64,000 nucleotides of DNA from a virus (IMGVR_UViG_3300044732_000293:36842-100841); one strand, 5' to 3'. Counted from the first letter of the stretch, positions 38,350 through 48,748 are shown. Notes: generated by a model from the sequence alone, not told the origin. Made by a program: numbers and translations.

Positions 38350-40290
38350 TTAAAATAATGATAATTGTGTGAAAGATGCATGACTAACTTTATTAATCTG
38401 CTCTATTTGCTTATATATGTTTTCTAAATAATATTCTGTATCTACATCATATACTTCATAAGAAACATTAGGATCAATTTCATTTACAGTTTTCTGCATC
38501 CATTGTCCTGCTTCTACTTGCATTTCTCTACCGTCTGGGTGACGTTTTAATATCTTGTTACCGGACTTAGTAATATAATATCTTACTATCTTTTGTAGTT
38601 TATTTGTTACTAGCTCTCCTTTTACAAGACTTCTTTCTTCATAATACCAACCACCTTTAGCTTTTACGCCTGCACAGTAATCATAAAATGATCTGTTTTG
38701 AGCTAAAAACTCTTCTGGAGGAATACCATTTACAAAGTATGCATAGATAGCTTTAGGAATAATTAAGAAACTTTTATTCTTATGTAGCATTGCTACTTTT
38801 TTCTTTTCAAGGTCTTCCCATTCAAACTTACCCTTACACTTTACTTTACCATTCTTATAGACAGCTATGTAGTTATTTACGTCTGCAATAACCATCTTAG
38901 AATATTCATCATGCTCTAACTGGAGCTGTGTTAACAGACACCACTTATCACATACTTCCATATACTTACTAACTGCAGATGTAGGAATCATCATCTCTAA
39001 ACCATCTGTATTTTGCATAAGGGGAATACCTTCAGGAATTTCTAGACATAACATCTCATACAGCATTGATAACAATAGCTGACCATTAATAGTAATCTGC
39101 ATAGTCATTTGCGGATCGTACAAGAAACTGTTTTCATCACCAGTTAGACCATATGTACTATTAAGAATAATCTTGTATACATAGTTTTTTGGATCTGTCT
39201 TAGGAATCTTTTTACGCTCTTCAAAGAACCATTCATACAGGTCCCCAAATTCTTTTTGTGGTAAATGAGCAGGATGAAACTTGTTCTTAATAGCTAGATT
39301 AGGATAGAATGATGTAACATCTGAAGTCATGATAGTCCACCCTGGGTGAGCTTCATATACACCAGAGTCTTTAGCACCATGGATACCACCAAGACCGTAG
39401 TCAGTTTTTACGCCTTTATAATCAAGCGTAAACTTTAACTTGTCTTTAGTAGATGTAACTACCTTAGTTCTAAAATAGTCATGTATTTTTTGAAATTCAG
39501 GAGTCTGAAATTTTACATATGGAAGTATACATTGACCAAGATAAATTTCGTCACGTTTAGTTCTAAGTCTTTTGATCTCTGCTTTATCCCATCCTAACTT
39601 TTGTTCAAGGAAAAATAAGAATAGCTCTTTAGATATTCTAGGCTCAGATGCTGAGTAAAGATCTATACCATATTCGTTGGTAAGAGTCTTTCTTAACTCT
39701 ATTTGCTCTTTAGAATGCTCTAATATCTTTTTAGTAGATAATACGTCATTGATACAATACTGGATTATATCCTGCAATTGTTCAGCACTTTCAACAGGTT
39801 TACTATGATGATGGGGCATCTCTTCTACATTTTCCCAATCCATAGAATACTGTATCCATTTTAGAGAAGACATCTTAGCTTTATTATCCCAGTGATTCAT
39901 TTTAAATAAATCAATCTGTCTAATTTTAAGTTGTCTTGGAGCAAATTCTTGGAACTCACCACGATCACTACGGGTGATAATATCTTGAGCTAGTTTATGA
40001 ATATACTGAGCTACTTCTAATCCTGTAAGGGATAATAATTTACGTTGATTCTTAATAATATGTTGACTAATCTGAGCATCAAATGCTAGACCATTATAAG
40101 ATATGTGCCACTGATTTAGCTGAACACACTTGTTTAAGAACTCAATAAACTTAGGAAGATCGTTTTGATCCTGATTAATAACAAATATCTCACTGATACT
40201 GTCATCTTTATAATGTTGGAATACGCCTACAAAACAGTTTACAAGTGTTTCATAGTCCATTACCCAATGTGTAGGCATGTCTTTCTTCAT
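38350..40290 (-). CDS. DNA polymerase family B with 3'-5' exonuclease
   Basis: DYET (ExoI), YNG..FD (ExoII), YCINDV (ExoIII), SDVTSFYP (A), KIILNSTYG (B), QNTDG (C). Confidence 0.93.
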   Translation of the reverse strand: MKKDMPTHWVMDYETLVNCFVGVFQHYKDDSISEIFVINQDQNDLPKFIEFLNKCVQLNQWHISYNGLAFDAQISQHIIKNQRKLLSLTGLEVAQYIHKLAQDIITRSDRGEFQEFAPRQLKIRQIDLFKMNHWDNKAKMSSLKWIQYSMDWENVEEMPHHHSKPVESAEQLQDIIQYCINDVLSTKKILEHSKEQIELRKTLTNEYGIDLYSASEPRISKELFLFFLEQKLGWDKAEIKRLRTKRDEIYLGQCILPYVKFQTPEFQKIHDYFRTKVVTSTKDKLKFTLDYKGVKTDYGLGGIHGAKDSGVYEAHPGWTIMTSDVTSFYPNLAIKNKFHPAHLPQKEFGDLYEWFFEERKKIPKTDPKNYVYKIILNSTYGLTGDENSFLYDPQMTMQITINGQLLLSMLYEMLCLEIPEGIPLMQNTDGLEMMIPTSAVSKYMEVCDKWCLLTQLQLEHDEYSKMVIADVNNYIAVYKNGKVKCKGKFEWEDLEKKKVAMLHKNKSFLIIPKAIYAYFVNGIPPEEFLAQNRSFYDYCAGVKAKGGWYYEERSLVKGELVTNKLQKIVRYYITKSGNKILKRHPDGREMQVEAGQWMQKTVNEIDPNVSYEVYDVDTEYYLENIYKQIEQINKVSHASFTQLSLF

Positions 40291-40331
40291 ATACGGTTCA
40301 GTTAAGCTGTTCCCCCTGATTTGTAAAGCTG

Positions 40332-40356
40332 AAAAAAGGGAAGATTTCTCTTCCCT
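40332..40356 (-). terminator. Intrinsic terminator upstream of the polymerase gene
   Basis: Minus strand agggaaga-gaaa-tcttccct followed by a U-run. Confidence 0.75.
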
Positions 40357-40381
40357 ATTCCAGTCTTTGTTTTGGGTTAGA

Positions 40382-40783
40382 TTATACGGTCACAATGCTA
40401 CTTGGCGTAGCTGGTTTTTCTACTACAAAATATTGCTTGTAATCAAAGCTGTCTGCATTAATTGCAAACATATTGATAAAGTTTTCTACTTCAGAAACGT
40501 TCTCTACATAATATTCATAGAATGTTTCTAGTGTTTTACGCTCTTCTGCATAGTCTTTACCATTAGATCTCTTACCAATTTTCATTGTTTGAGGATCTCC
40601 AAACTCATTTAGCTTGGCAAGCATGTGTAATGACTCTTTCTTTTCTTTAGAGATAACAGCTAACACTTTATTATCTGCATCAAAAATAGCCTCATTATAA
40701 GGGCATTCTATTGTTACAGGTATTAACTTAAATGTTTTCTTACTTCCCCATGTTGAAGTAACTAACATCATTGATTTATTCAT
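40382..40783 (-). CDS. Hypothetical protein
   Basis: 133-aa ORF flanked by its own promoter and terminator. Confidence 0.65.
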   Translation of the reverse strand: MNKSMMLVTSTWGSKKTFKLIPVTIECPYNEAIFDADNKVLAVISKEKKESLHMLAKLNEFGDPQTMKIGKRSNGKDYAEERKTLETFYEYYVENVSEVENFINMFAINADSFDYKQYFVVEKPATPSSIVTV

Positions 40784-40798
40784 ATTGTTGGTTTTTTA

Positions 40799-40806
40799 CA
40801 AAGTTA
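40799..40806 (-). promoter_or_regulatory. Bacteroidetes sigmaA-type -7 element (TAACTTTG)
   Basis: TAnnTTTG 15 nt upstream of the ATG at 40783. Confidence 0.55.
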
Positions 40807-41364
40807 ATTAGTCTTTTCCAATAATTCCAAATCTTCTATTGGAATTTTTAAAGTTTCTTTTTCTATATCACATGGATCACATAGTTCCTTTATAGACTTT
40901 AAAGTATCTATATCTACATCTAGTAATTTAGAATAGACTCCGTGATATTTTTCAGGATATAGGTATGTATCCATATATTTATACTCTGAGGAACTTTCCC
41001 CGTAGTAAGTTTTAATAGCTCTTTTAAGAACTACGGAAAGCTTAGAGTATTTACCTAATAGAAAGTTAAACCAATCATCTTTATACATTTCAAAGTTAAA
41101 TATATAAAGTGTATATTCTTTAACATCTATTTTACTTTCAAACAAAGGATTAGTCGTAAGCATTTGATTCTCAAACGTTTTAAATCCCTCATCTTCTGTT
41201 GCTTTGAACGCTACTATTAATTTCATGTCCTCAGGATCTACCTTTCCTTCTAAAGAAAGGTAGGTTCCTGTTGGACTAATATTACTAGTACGTCTAATCC
41301 CAAGAGCTGGATACAGAAATGATCGTGATTTTTGAAAATACTTTCCATAAAGGCTCTCTATCAT
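40804..41364 (-). CDS. Hypothetical protein
   Basis: 186 aa; next to the nuclease gene. Confidence 0.6.
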   Translation of the reverse strand: MIESLYGKYFQKSRSFLYPALGIRRTSNISPTGTYLSLEGKVDPEDMKLIVAFKATEDEGFKTFENQMLTTNPLFESKIDVKEYTLYIFNFEMYKDDWFNFLLGKYSKLSVVLKRAIKTYYGESSSEYKYMDTYLYPEKYHGVYSKLLDVDIDTLKSIKELCDPCDIEKETLKIPIEDLELLEKTN

Positions 41365-41375
41365 AGTGTTTTTAT

Positions 41376-42404
41376 TTATAAAACTATACTACCTGTTGCA
41401 AATTCATAAGGTAACTCATAGTTCTTATTATCATAATGCCATTTAGCTTTATCTAGCACTTCAAAGAATCTGTTTGCCCAGTTACTTAGTGTTGAATTAG
41501 ACACCGGGAAAGCATATGTTTGAAATGATCTATCTATAACTACAAAGTGGAACTTAACAGTATATCCTTTCTCTATCAATTCTTTATAGACTGTAGCTAC
41601 CATTGTTACATAAACTGCAGCTTGCATCCAATAAGAGTAGAATTCAATAGTTTCTGGAAAGTCTTTTAACTCTTTACTTGTGGTCTTGATATCGTTAACA
41701 AATATAGTCTTTTTATCATGATCTATTACTAGATTGTCTATAATTCCTTTTAAGCCAAATGGATGATTAGAAAGTTCTACATCTAGTGGTAACTCGTTAC
41801 TAACTTCTATATTACTAAAATCATTAATACTACACCCAATTAGATCACAAACAGATTTATTAGTCTTAATTAAATCTACAGCATTTTTACAATAATCATA
41901 CGTTTCTTGGTCAATTAATGTTTTACTACCTTTTGTCTTAAGAAAGGCCCAGTAATTAATAGCATCTGCTGTAATTACTTTATCAAGACGTTGTTGGTCT
42001 GTCTTTAAAGATTGGTGATAGTTCATATCTTTCATTACGTCAAGAATAGCTTGATCAAACTCTTGTAGCTCAGTTCTTTGATCACCGTTTTGAGCTAGCT
42101 CTACGTGATGACTATATATTCTGTCTACAATAATTTTAATACTATCACCTGGAAGTTTACCAGGGCTAACTATAAATTCTTGATTAAACTTTTCTTCTTC
42201 TAAAAGAAGACAGTGTATAATCTTACCCTGTACTAAGTGTGCATCTGTACGCTCTTCTTTATTACCTAAAACATACATCTGGTAGAACACTGCAGGGTTC
42301 CACATAAGCTTATTCAAGCTACTATAAGAGAAGTTAAACTTCTTACTATAAAAGTCATCTTGTAATTTGATGACTGTCTCTTCCATTAACGCTTCTAATT
42401 CCAT
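41376..42404 (-). CDS. PD-(D/E)XK exonuclease (RecB/ExoVIII-like)
   Basis: FSYSSL, G.IIH..LLE, E.P...KGIIDNL..NDIKTT, Y..QAAVY. Confidence 0.82.
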   Translation of the reverse strand: MELEALMEETVIKLQDDFYSKKFNFSYSSLNKLMWNPAVFYQMYVLGNKEERTDAHLVQGKIIHCLLLEEEKFNQEFIVSPGKLPGDSIKIIVDRIYSHHVELAQNGDQRTELQEFDQAILDVMKDMNYHQSLKTDQQRLDKVITADAINYWAFLKTKGSKTLIDQETYDYCKNAVDLIKTNKSVCDLIGCSINDFSNIEVSNELPLDVELSNHPFGLKGIIDNLVIDHDKKTIFVNDIKTTSKELKDFPETIEFYSYWMQAAVYVTMVATVYKELIEKGYTVKFHFVVIDRSFQTYAFPVSNSTLSNWANRFFEVLDKAKWHYDNKNYELPYEFATGSIVL

Positions 42405-42730
42405 CCTTCTGAGTTTTCTTGTTTTAATAATTTCTGAGCTGTTTCACAGATCATCATACCTGAAATTTGATTACCACTGTCAAGTCCTTGTTCTATACAG
42501 AATTCAGGGTACTTTTCATAGAAAGAATGTGCTACAGCCCTCCATGTATAATCATCATCACATCTCCACTGTCTAACGTCTGACGCCATATCAGCTGTCA
42601 TGTTATCTTCTATTTTTTGCATAGCCACATCCCAGCGTTTTTTAAATTGTACTCTTGCTGCAGCCAATTCAGGATCATTCCATATTGTTTTAAAGTTAGG
42701 AGTGTTATCCAGTTCTTGATTATCTTCCAT
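42395..42730 (-). CDS. Hypothetical protein
   Basis: 111-aa ORF in operon. Confidence 0.55.
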   Translation of the reverse strand: MEDNQELDNTPNFKTIWNDPELAAARVQFKKRWDVAMQKIEDNMTADMASDVRQWRCDDDYTWRAVAHSFYEKYPEFCIEQGLDSGNQISGMMICETAQKLLKQENSEGWN

Positions 42731-42742
42731 ATTATTAATTTA

Positions 42743-42949
42743 TTATTTTGAAGGCCATAATCCTAGCTCTATAAGTTTTTCACTCATACGTTGCTGAGAT
42801 CTAGTATCTACTGTCATAGCTTCCTCATATTCAAGAAAGTGAACTAATTCTCTAATTAGGTCATTACAGTTTTTAAGTTTTTGAGCTACACTAGTTAACT
42901 CGGCTTGACAGTCTTCAGCTTTGAAACTATCTTTATGTAAATCATCCAT
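42743..42949 (-). CDS. Hypothetical protein
   Basis: 68-aa ORF in operon. Confidence 0.5.
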   Translation of the reverse strand: MDDLHKDSFKAEDCQAELTSVAQKLKNCNDLIRELVHFLEYEEAMTVDTRSQQRMSEKLIELGLWPSK

Positions 42950-42950
42950 A

Positions 42951-43349
42951 TTACTTTTGTTTTTCTAGTTTTGTTTTATAATCATGACAGTCTGTACACA
43001 AGACTTGTAAATTACCCACTTCACAAAATAGTACAGATACAAATCCAGGAAGGTCTCCTGCACAATTTAAAGATCCTGCTGGTACAATATGATCTACATT
43101 TATTTTCTTTTCAGGAAACCAGTTTTTACAGTTATTACATTGATACTCAAACTTTTGTCTTTTTAGTGGACCTTTATATGCTCTACGAGCTTTCATTTTA
43201 CATTCTGTAATAGGTTTCCACCATCTAGACTTCTGTCTGAGTGCACTGCGTATAAAGCTCCAGAAAGCTGATTCAGTCATAGTACCAGAGTTTCTAGTTT
43301 TGGGTGCTCCTCTACTTACTGTTTTAGTAGATTTCTTTTTAGTTGCCAT
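42951..43349 (-). CDS. HNH endonuclease
   Basis: CNNC, VDHIVP, NLQVLCTDCH..KT. Confidence 0.85.
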   Translation of the reverse strand: MATKKKSTKTVSRGAPKTRNSGTMTESAFWSFIRSALRQKSRWWKPITECKMKARRAYKGPLKRQKFEYQCNNCKNWFPEKKINVDHIVPAGSLNCAGDLPGFVSVLFCEVGNLQVLCTDCHDYKTKLEKQK

Positions 43350-44317
43350 TATAATTTTTTATTTATTAATGGAACTAGTCTGTCTCTAACAGCTTTAGCT
43401 CCATGGTCTTTAATTGAGTCAGATAAATCTTTACTCATAGGAAGAAGAAGTACTTCTACTGCTGGATAAGTAGCTTTATACTTTTCCATAGCTTTAATAC
43501 CTGCTTCATCATTATCAAACATCACTATTACTTTCTTATACTCTTCAATAAACTCTTCCATAGTGTCTTTCTTAATCATAGAATTCTCACTATCTGGAGC
43601 TACAATATTTATATTAGATAACTTAAGGGACCTAAGAGACATCATATCTTTTAGACTAGATAATATCATTAGATAATCATTATCTTCAAGATGCTGCTCA
43701 CCCTGCAAATAGTCTCTAATTTTTAAGAATTTCTTATCAAAAGTTTTAGGCTGATATATTTTATAAAGCTCACCACCTTTAGTAAAATAACCATATATAT
43801 AGTTACCACTAATGACTAGTTCTTTATTATCTTTTACCATTGTATAGTATGCTAAAGGTCTTACACAATACTCTTCTAATATTCTAGATCCAATATTAAA
43901 CTGTGTCCAGAAATACTGATCTTGTGTAGTCCATTGTCTAAAAGCATATTTATCTACTTTGTATTTAGACTGCTCCTTGAATTCTTTTACGTCGTATCCT
44001 CCATTATTATGAAGGACATAATCATTATATTGCTCTACAATTACATTGCAGGCTTTATGATAAGATAAATTATTTAAATCTTTTACAAGATCTATGGCTG
44101 ATCCGCCTTTACCTGTAGAGAAATCTTTGTATTTGTATAATTTAACTTTGGTGTCAAAGTATATACACATACTTGGAGTGCGTTCTTTACTATTAAACAA
44201 GCTTTTAATCTTTATATCTTCACCCTGTAATTTTTCTTTTAGCTTGCAAAAATGTTCAAATATCCAAGGTGTTGGTACATCTTTTACATCATGTACCAGA
44301 TTTTTAGTTTTAAACAT
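43349..44317 (-). CDS. DnaG-type (TOPRIM) DNA primase
   Basis: ERTPS..KDFSTGKGG N-terminal domain (ZBD-like but lacking the Cys set); SLKD and FDNDEAG...KDLSD TOPRIM motifs. Confidence 0.82.
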   Translation of the reverse strand: MFKTKNLVHDVKDVPTPWIFEHFCKLKEKLQGEDIKIKSLFNSKERTPSMCIYFDTKVKLYKYKDFSTGKGGSAIDLVKDLNNLSYHKACNVIVEQYNDYVLHNNGGYDVKEFKEQSKYKVDKYAFRQWTTQDQYFWTQFNIGSRILEEYCVRPLAYYTMVKDNKELVISGNYIYGYFTKGGELYKIYQPKTFDKKFLKIRDYLQGEQHLEDNDYLMILSSLKDMMSLRSLKLSNINIVAPDSENSMIKKDTMEEFIEEYKKVIVMFDNDEAGIKAMEKYKATYPAVEVLLLPMSKDLSDSIKDHGAKAVRDRLVPLINKKL

Positions 44318-44330
44318 ATTTATTAATTTA

Positions 44331-44360
44331 AAAAAATTGGGGAGAGTAGAAACCCTCCCC
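44331..44360 (-). terminator. Probable intrinsic terminator after the SSB-like gene
   Basis: Minus strand ggggagggt-ttct-actctcccc followed by aattttttt. Confidence 0.65.
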
Positions 44361-44389
44361 GCTTGTTTGTATGTATATGAAAGAAAAGC

Positions 44390-45001
44390 TTACATATTAA
44401 AATCATCATTTACAGGTTCAAAACCAGCTACTGGCTTATTCTGTAAAGCTTTGTAATGATATTGATTGTTTTTGTCAAACTTATCTAATTTAGTTTCATC
44501 TGCATTAGCAAATTTAAACTTAGGAAGTGATAATTTAACAATAGTTTTACCATTGTATTCTTCTTCTTGTCCTTTAAGGAAGAAATATAAATCTTTTCCT
44601 TGTAACAATTTAGATACTTGAGCAACCCAATCTTCAATACTAGATGCACTGATAGCGTCTAACTCATCTTTTAAACCTAATTCTACAGCAATAATGCTTA
44701 GCTTGTTCATGATCTCATTCTTAGACGGACTTGTCTCGTTATAAGTGTCAATCCACATACTTGCAGATACTCTTGCTGATTGGCCCTTAAATTTAGGGCC
44801 ATTCTCGTTGCCTTTCTCAATAGTCCATCCCTCAAAGTTTTCTAATGCAGGGCCCTCTAAAACTAATTCTAGAGCTTTCTTTCCTGTATTTTTAGATTCT
44901 CTTACTGATGCACTAAAGATGTGTGCATAATTTACTCCTGGTTGTAGAGACTTCTGTACTCCACCACCTTGTTTTACTTCTTGTCCTTTTGTACTAAACA
45001 T
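44390..45001 (-). CDS. Putative single-stranded DNA-binding protein
   Basis: Adjacent to a Sak4-like ATPase; OB-like beta strands; acidic/hydrophobic tail FEPVNDDFNM. Confidence 0.55.
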   Translation of the reverse strand: MFSTKGQEVKQGGGVQKSLQPGVNYAHIFSASVRESKNTGKKALELVLEGPALENFEGWTIEKGNENGPKFKGQSARVSASMWIDTYNETSPSKNEIMNKLSIIAVELGLKDELDAISASSIEDWVAQVSKLLQGKDLYFFLKGQEEEYNGKTIVKLSLPKFKFANADETKLDKFDKNNQYHYKALQNKPVAGFEPVNDDFNM

Positions 45002-45032
45002 ACGTGTTGTTTTATAAATGTTAAACGTTTAA

Positions 45033-45716
45033 CTAATTTTCAAAATCTGTGATTGCTTTCTTTACTAAACCTAAATCGTTTGGTATCTCAAAGGTATCAA
45101 ACATTCCTTTAGGTGACTTACATGTGTTATCACCTGTAGTCTGAGTTTCAAAAACATATCTAATTACATCATCTTTACCTTTCTTTACTTTACCATAAAG
45201 TACAATAGAGAATAGACCTTCTAAAGTAAGCTTTTCATCAACCATTTTACCAATAGTCTTTGCTTTTAACTTACGCTTACCGTCCATGTCTGTAGATTCT
45301 TCAGCATGAGTTAAAAAGAATACAGTTAAGTCTTCTCTCAAGTCTTTAGGCATTCTAGCTATACGAGCTAAACCTGCACCAATCTGAGTAAATTTCTCAT
45401 AACCTTTTTCGTCTACTCTTTCAAAGAACTCAAATGAGCTCATATACTGAAAATCATCTATTACTATAGTTTTGATTTCAGGACGTTTGTCACTAACATA
45501 CTGTAATGCAGCATAGATTTGTGCCGTACCAGATTTATCATACATATTACCAGTTGGGTTATCTTTAGACCAAACTGAATACTTTGATTTCCAGCCTTTA
45601 AATGGTAGTGGTTTATTAGCTACATTAATAATAAATGTTTCCTTTGGGTTCAGTGTCTCAATAGCTGTAGACTTACCTGCACCACTTTCTGCAATAATTA
45701 ATACTCCTTGTGCCAT
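45033..45716 (-). CDS. Sak4-like (AAA_24) recombination ATPase
   Basis: AESGAGKST, IVIDD.QY, FLTH, KTIGKM.D, EGLF..VL, KSP.GMF. Confidence 0.85.
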   Translation of the reverse strand: MAQGVLIIAESGAGKSTAIETLNPKETFIINVANKPLPFKGWKSKYSVWSKDNPTGNMYDKSGTAQIYAALQYVSDKRPEIKTIVIDDFQYMSSFEFFERVDEKGYEKFTQIGAGLARIARMPKDLREDLTVFFLTHAEESTDMDGKRKLKAKTIGKMVDEKLTLEGLFSIVLYGKVKKGKDDVIRYVFETQTTGDNTCKSPKGMFDTFEIPNDLGLVKKAITDFEN

Positions 45717-45733
45717 GTGATTGTTATTATGTG

Positions 45734-46336
45734 TTATTTAGATTTTATAAGTTCATTTAACCAAGTTTTGGCACTTACAGCTTTACCTGTATGGATAGCA
45801 TAGTAATCTCTTATAGTCATCTCACTATATGGAGCATCTGACATATCCATAGAAGCTGGGGCATTATAAACTGGAACATTTTTTAAATTAGGATTGGTGT
45901 TAGTTGTAAATACTATTGGCTCTGTGTTTTCTGTACTTTCAACTGATGCATACTTAGTAACAGCAATTGACTGAGGATCTATAGATCTAAGCTCTTCAAT
46001 AGGAACTAAGTAAGATCCTTTTTCATTTAACTCATACTCTTCTTCAAAAGCTGCGTTATATGGTATTCTATACACTGTGCGTTTTACATCAACTGGATCT
46101 AGTTCTCTAGTTACCAGTTCAAAGTAGAAACCTTTTTCTTTTTTAAACTCTGATGAAAAGATACCTACTACTAGTTTACCAGATTTATTATGAAAAGGCA
46201 TTTTCATATTAAAATCAGTAACGCTAATACCAAGGTCTTTTATCAATTCTATATGGTAGGTTCGTATAGCTTCTAGCTTACTACGCTTCCATTCTTTCTT
46301 CTGCTCTTCTGCAGACTGTAAATTGAAACTTGTCAT
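45734..46336 (-). CDS. Hypothetical protein
   Basis: 200 aa with C-terminal MTIRDYYA motif. Confidence 0.6.
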   Translation of the reverse strand: MTSFNLQSAEEQKKEWKRSKLEAIRTYHIELIKDLGISVTDFNMKMPFHNKSGKLVVGIFSSEFKKEKGFYFELVTRELDPVDVKRTVYRIPYNAAFEEEYELNEKGSYLVPIEELRSIDPQSIAVTKYASVESTENTEPIVFTTNTNPNLKNVPVYNAPASMDMSDAPYSEMTIRDYYAIHTGKAVSAKTWLNELIKSK

Positions 46337-46347
46337 TTGTATTATTG

Positions 46348-47409
46348 TTAGGGTTGAAATGTATTTAAACTACTAAAAGTTTGTGGTTGCTGTTGTTGAT
46401 TTCTAGCTGAACGTCTTTGATATCCACCAGTAGGATTTTGAGAGTTAAACTCTGCTACTTCTATTAGCTTTTGTCTATCAAAGTTTGCTTCCATGAATAA
46501 TATATTATTATCATCAGATCCGTTTCTCACCTTAAGTAAGTGCATAAAAATATGATTCTTTTTAACATCATATTCCTTAGGACCATATAGAGGTATGTTA
46601 GCTTTAAATGGATTATTTAATGCTAATAACATATCTGATCCTTGCATAAGGGCGTCACCACCAAATACATCTGATGACACTGGATAGTTACCAATTTTAC
46701 CTGGCTCCTTTCTAGAAGGTTCATCAATTGTACGGTTTAACTGAGTAATCATAAAAATAATAACAGGAAGTTCTTTCTTGATCTGCATTAAAGCTTCTAC
46801 AGTGTTGTATAATGTGGCAATCTTCTCTTTCTCATCTGGAGCTTTTTTAATTAACCAGCTGTGATCAATTGTTATAATTAAAGGTTTATTACCAAGAGTA
46901 ACATAAACTTGTTTAATTGCATCTATAATCTCTCTATTGTTAATTGGAGTGTTTATCTGCAGTCTATGAATACCTACCGCTTCTAATGCCTCAACTTCTT
47001 TAGTATATTGTAGTAACAAATCATAATTATAATCATCAAGAGCTTTATCAGTACTTAATATTTGATTATAGTCAAGAGCAGTTTCAGCAGCAAAGGCTCT
47101 AGAACCTGACTGTTTAGCTCCCATCTCAAATTGGAACTCTAAAATATTAAAATCTTGTGTAGGATTTAATTTACGAGCTTCTCTTAAAATCTGACTTACA
47201 ATTAAAGTTTTACCTGCACCAGGTCTTGCTCCAATTGTAACAAGAGAGCCCCATTCTATACCATTAACACCTGCTTTATTAAGTCCAGGCCATGGAGTAA
47301 GTAAGGATTTAATTTTACCTTTACGTCTATCATCAACGTATTGAATAGTTTCTCTCAGAATTTCTGAGTATCTTCTAGTACCGTAAGGTCTTTCTGGTGA
47401 TGTAGACAT
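46348..47409 (-). CDS. DnaB-like replicative helicase
   Basis: GARPGAGKT, FEM, IDH, ITQLNR, P..SD..GG.AL.Q.SD, LKVRNG. Confidence 0.88.
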   Translation of the reverse strand: MSTSPERPYGTRRYSEILRETIQYVDDRRKGKIKSLLTPWPGLNKAGVNGIEWGSLVTIGARPGAGKTLIVSQILREARKLNPTQDFNILEFQFEMGAKQSGSRAFAAETALDYNQILSTDKALDDYNYDLLLQYTKEVEALEAVGIHRLQINTPINNREIIDAIKQVYVTLGNKPLIITIDHSWLIKKAPDEKEKIATLYNTVEALMQIKKELPVIIFMITQLNRTIDEPSRKEPGKIGNYPVSSDVFGGDALMQGSDMLLALNNPFKANIPLYGPKEYDVKKNHIFMHLLKVRNGSDDNNILFMEANFDRQKLIEVAEFNSQNPTGGYQRRSARNQQQQPQTFSSLNTFQP

Positions 47410-47612
47410 TATATAGAAGTTATAAGGTTTTTAAGATCCGTTCTAACTTCTTCTAAAGCTTCTACCTTACCTTGTAAATAAGCTTTATTTAATAATTTTT
47501 CAGCTGCTAGTTTAAAACCATCTAGACTAATACCGTAAATTGTTTTCTTCTCATTAAGAGGAAGAGTAATTTGATAGAATAGGCTTTCTATCTCTTGTTC
47601 TTGTTCTGACAT
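47409..47612 (-). CDS. Hypothetical protein
   Basis: 67 aa; TAATG overlap with the helicase gene. Confidence 0.55.
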   Translation of the reverse strand: MSEQEQEIESLFYQITLPLNEKKTIYGISLDGFKLAAEKLLNKAYLQGKVEALEEVRTDLKNLITSI

Positions 47613-47681
47613 ACACTGTTATTTTTGTAATTTTGAGGGATGTGAAGTTACTAAAACTATTATTTTAATCCAAATATTTTT

Positions 47682-48239
47682 TTAAATATTTAATAATTTT
47701 GGATTGTCTATAATAGCTTGGCAAGTATCAGCTAATTTAGATGTGTCATTTTTCATTATAAAATAACTACTACAAGCCATGTATTTAAAGTCTGTCTTCT
47801 TATAATAATTTACGTAATAATCTGCTGCATCCAAAACTAATTCCCAGTCATACTGAGGATATTGTTTAAAGAACAGTACAAACTTTTTACATAGTTCAAC
47901 AGTACTTTGCCTACCTAACTCCTTGGAAGGCAATCTAATATCAGGGAAAATTTCCCTATATTCATTAACGTATTTCATAAAATCTTCACCTAAAATTTCT
48001 TTTGTAACTCTAGATTTAGTTTTCTTTAAAAACGTTTCAAACTCATCTAAAATGAATAAAGCTCCTGAAGTTAAGTTTCCTTCAGTGTCTACCCATCCTC
48101 TTTGCTGACATATAACTCTTTGTGCATCAGCATTTATTACATTACTAGGTACAATCTTTTCTCTACAACTGTCTAGGAAGTAAAGCTGATTGGGACTAAT
48201 ATTGTACTTCCTGCAAACGTTCCATAATTGGTGACCCAT
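47682..48239 (-). CDS. Hypothetical protein (possible replication initiator or helicase loader)
   Basis: 185 aa between the DnaA-CTD-like and helicase genes; function inferred from position only. Confidence 0.45.
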   Translation of the reverse strand: MGHQLWNVCRKYNISPNQLYFLDSCREKIVPSNVINADAQRVICQQRGWVDTEGNLTSGALFILDEFETFLKKTKSRVTKEILGEDFMKYVNEYREIFPDIRLPSKELGRQSTVELCKKFVLFFKQYPQYDWELVLDAADYYVNYYKKTDFKYMACSSYFIMKNDTSKLADTCQAIIDNPKLLNI

Positions 48240-48687
48240 CTTCTATATTATTTATTTGTTTAATATGATCTAATACTTTGTAATATTTTTCTCTGAAAGT
48301 GCCACAAGTTTCAATTAAGTCTTTAAAACTGTTAACCGAATGAATAACTGTAGTATGATCTCTGCCATTAAGGTATTCACCTATAGTTTTAAGAGAGTAT
48401 CTCATATTTCTAGCTAAATAGCAGAAAATAGATCTTAATTCAGTAATCTCTCTTATTCTAATCTTATTCTTTAAAGGTACTATTTTACCATGTTTTGTAG
48501 GTAAAAACGGGTTAAAATAAGATTCTAACTGCTCTAAAGTCATTAGAGGAGATTTGTCTTCTTCACCCATAACTAAGTTGATTTTGGTTAAAACTACAGG
48601 ATAATACTCAAATTTTTGAAAGAATTCCTCTTTAAACTGATCAATAAGTTTCTTTTCTAGGCGGCTTGCATAATCTTGTTGGTTCAT
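48196..48687 (-). CDS. DnaA C-terminal (domain IV) HTH-like DNA-binding protein
   Basis: R.I..YLAR...SLKTIG..L.GRDHTTVIHSV. Confidence 0.8.
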   Translation of the reverse strand: MNQQDYASRLEKKLIDQFKEEFFQKFEYYPVVLTKINLVMGEEDKSPLMTLEQLESYFNPFLPTKHGKIVPLKNKIRIREITELRSIFCYLARNMRYSLKTIGEYLNGRDHTTVIHSVNSFKDLIETCGTFREKYYKVLDHIKQINNIEDGSPIMERLQEVQY

Positions 48688-48705
48688 ATTTCTATTTTAT
48701 GTTCA

Positions 48706-48713
48706 CAAATGTA
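48706..48713 (-). promoter_or_regulatory. Bacteroidetes sigmaA-type -7 element (TACATTTG) heading the replication operon
   Basis: TAnnTTTG 18 nt upstream of the ATG at 48687. Confidence 0.6.
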
Positions 48714-48733
48714 GATAATTTCAGGGATATTTT

Positions 48734-48748
48734 GTATATTATAATGTA
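48734..48748 (+). promoter_or_regulatory. Candidate phage late promoter GTATATTATAATGTA
   Basis: Near-identical to 7431-7445; heads the lysis operon. Confidence 0.55.

Noticed and set aside
41376-42404. Cas4 call for the PD-(D/E)XK nuclease
   Set aside because: Lacks the C-terminal Cys cluster for Fe-S binding, and there are no cas genes or array.
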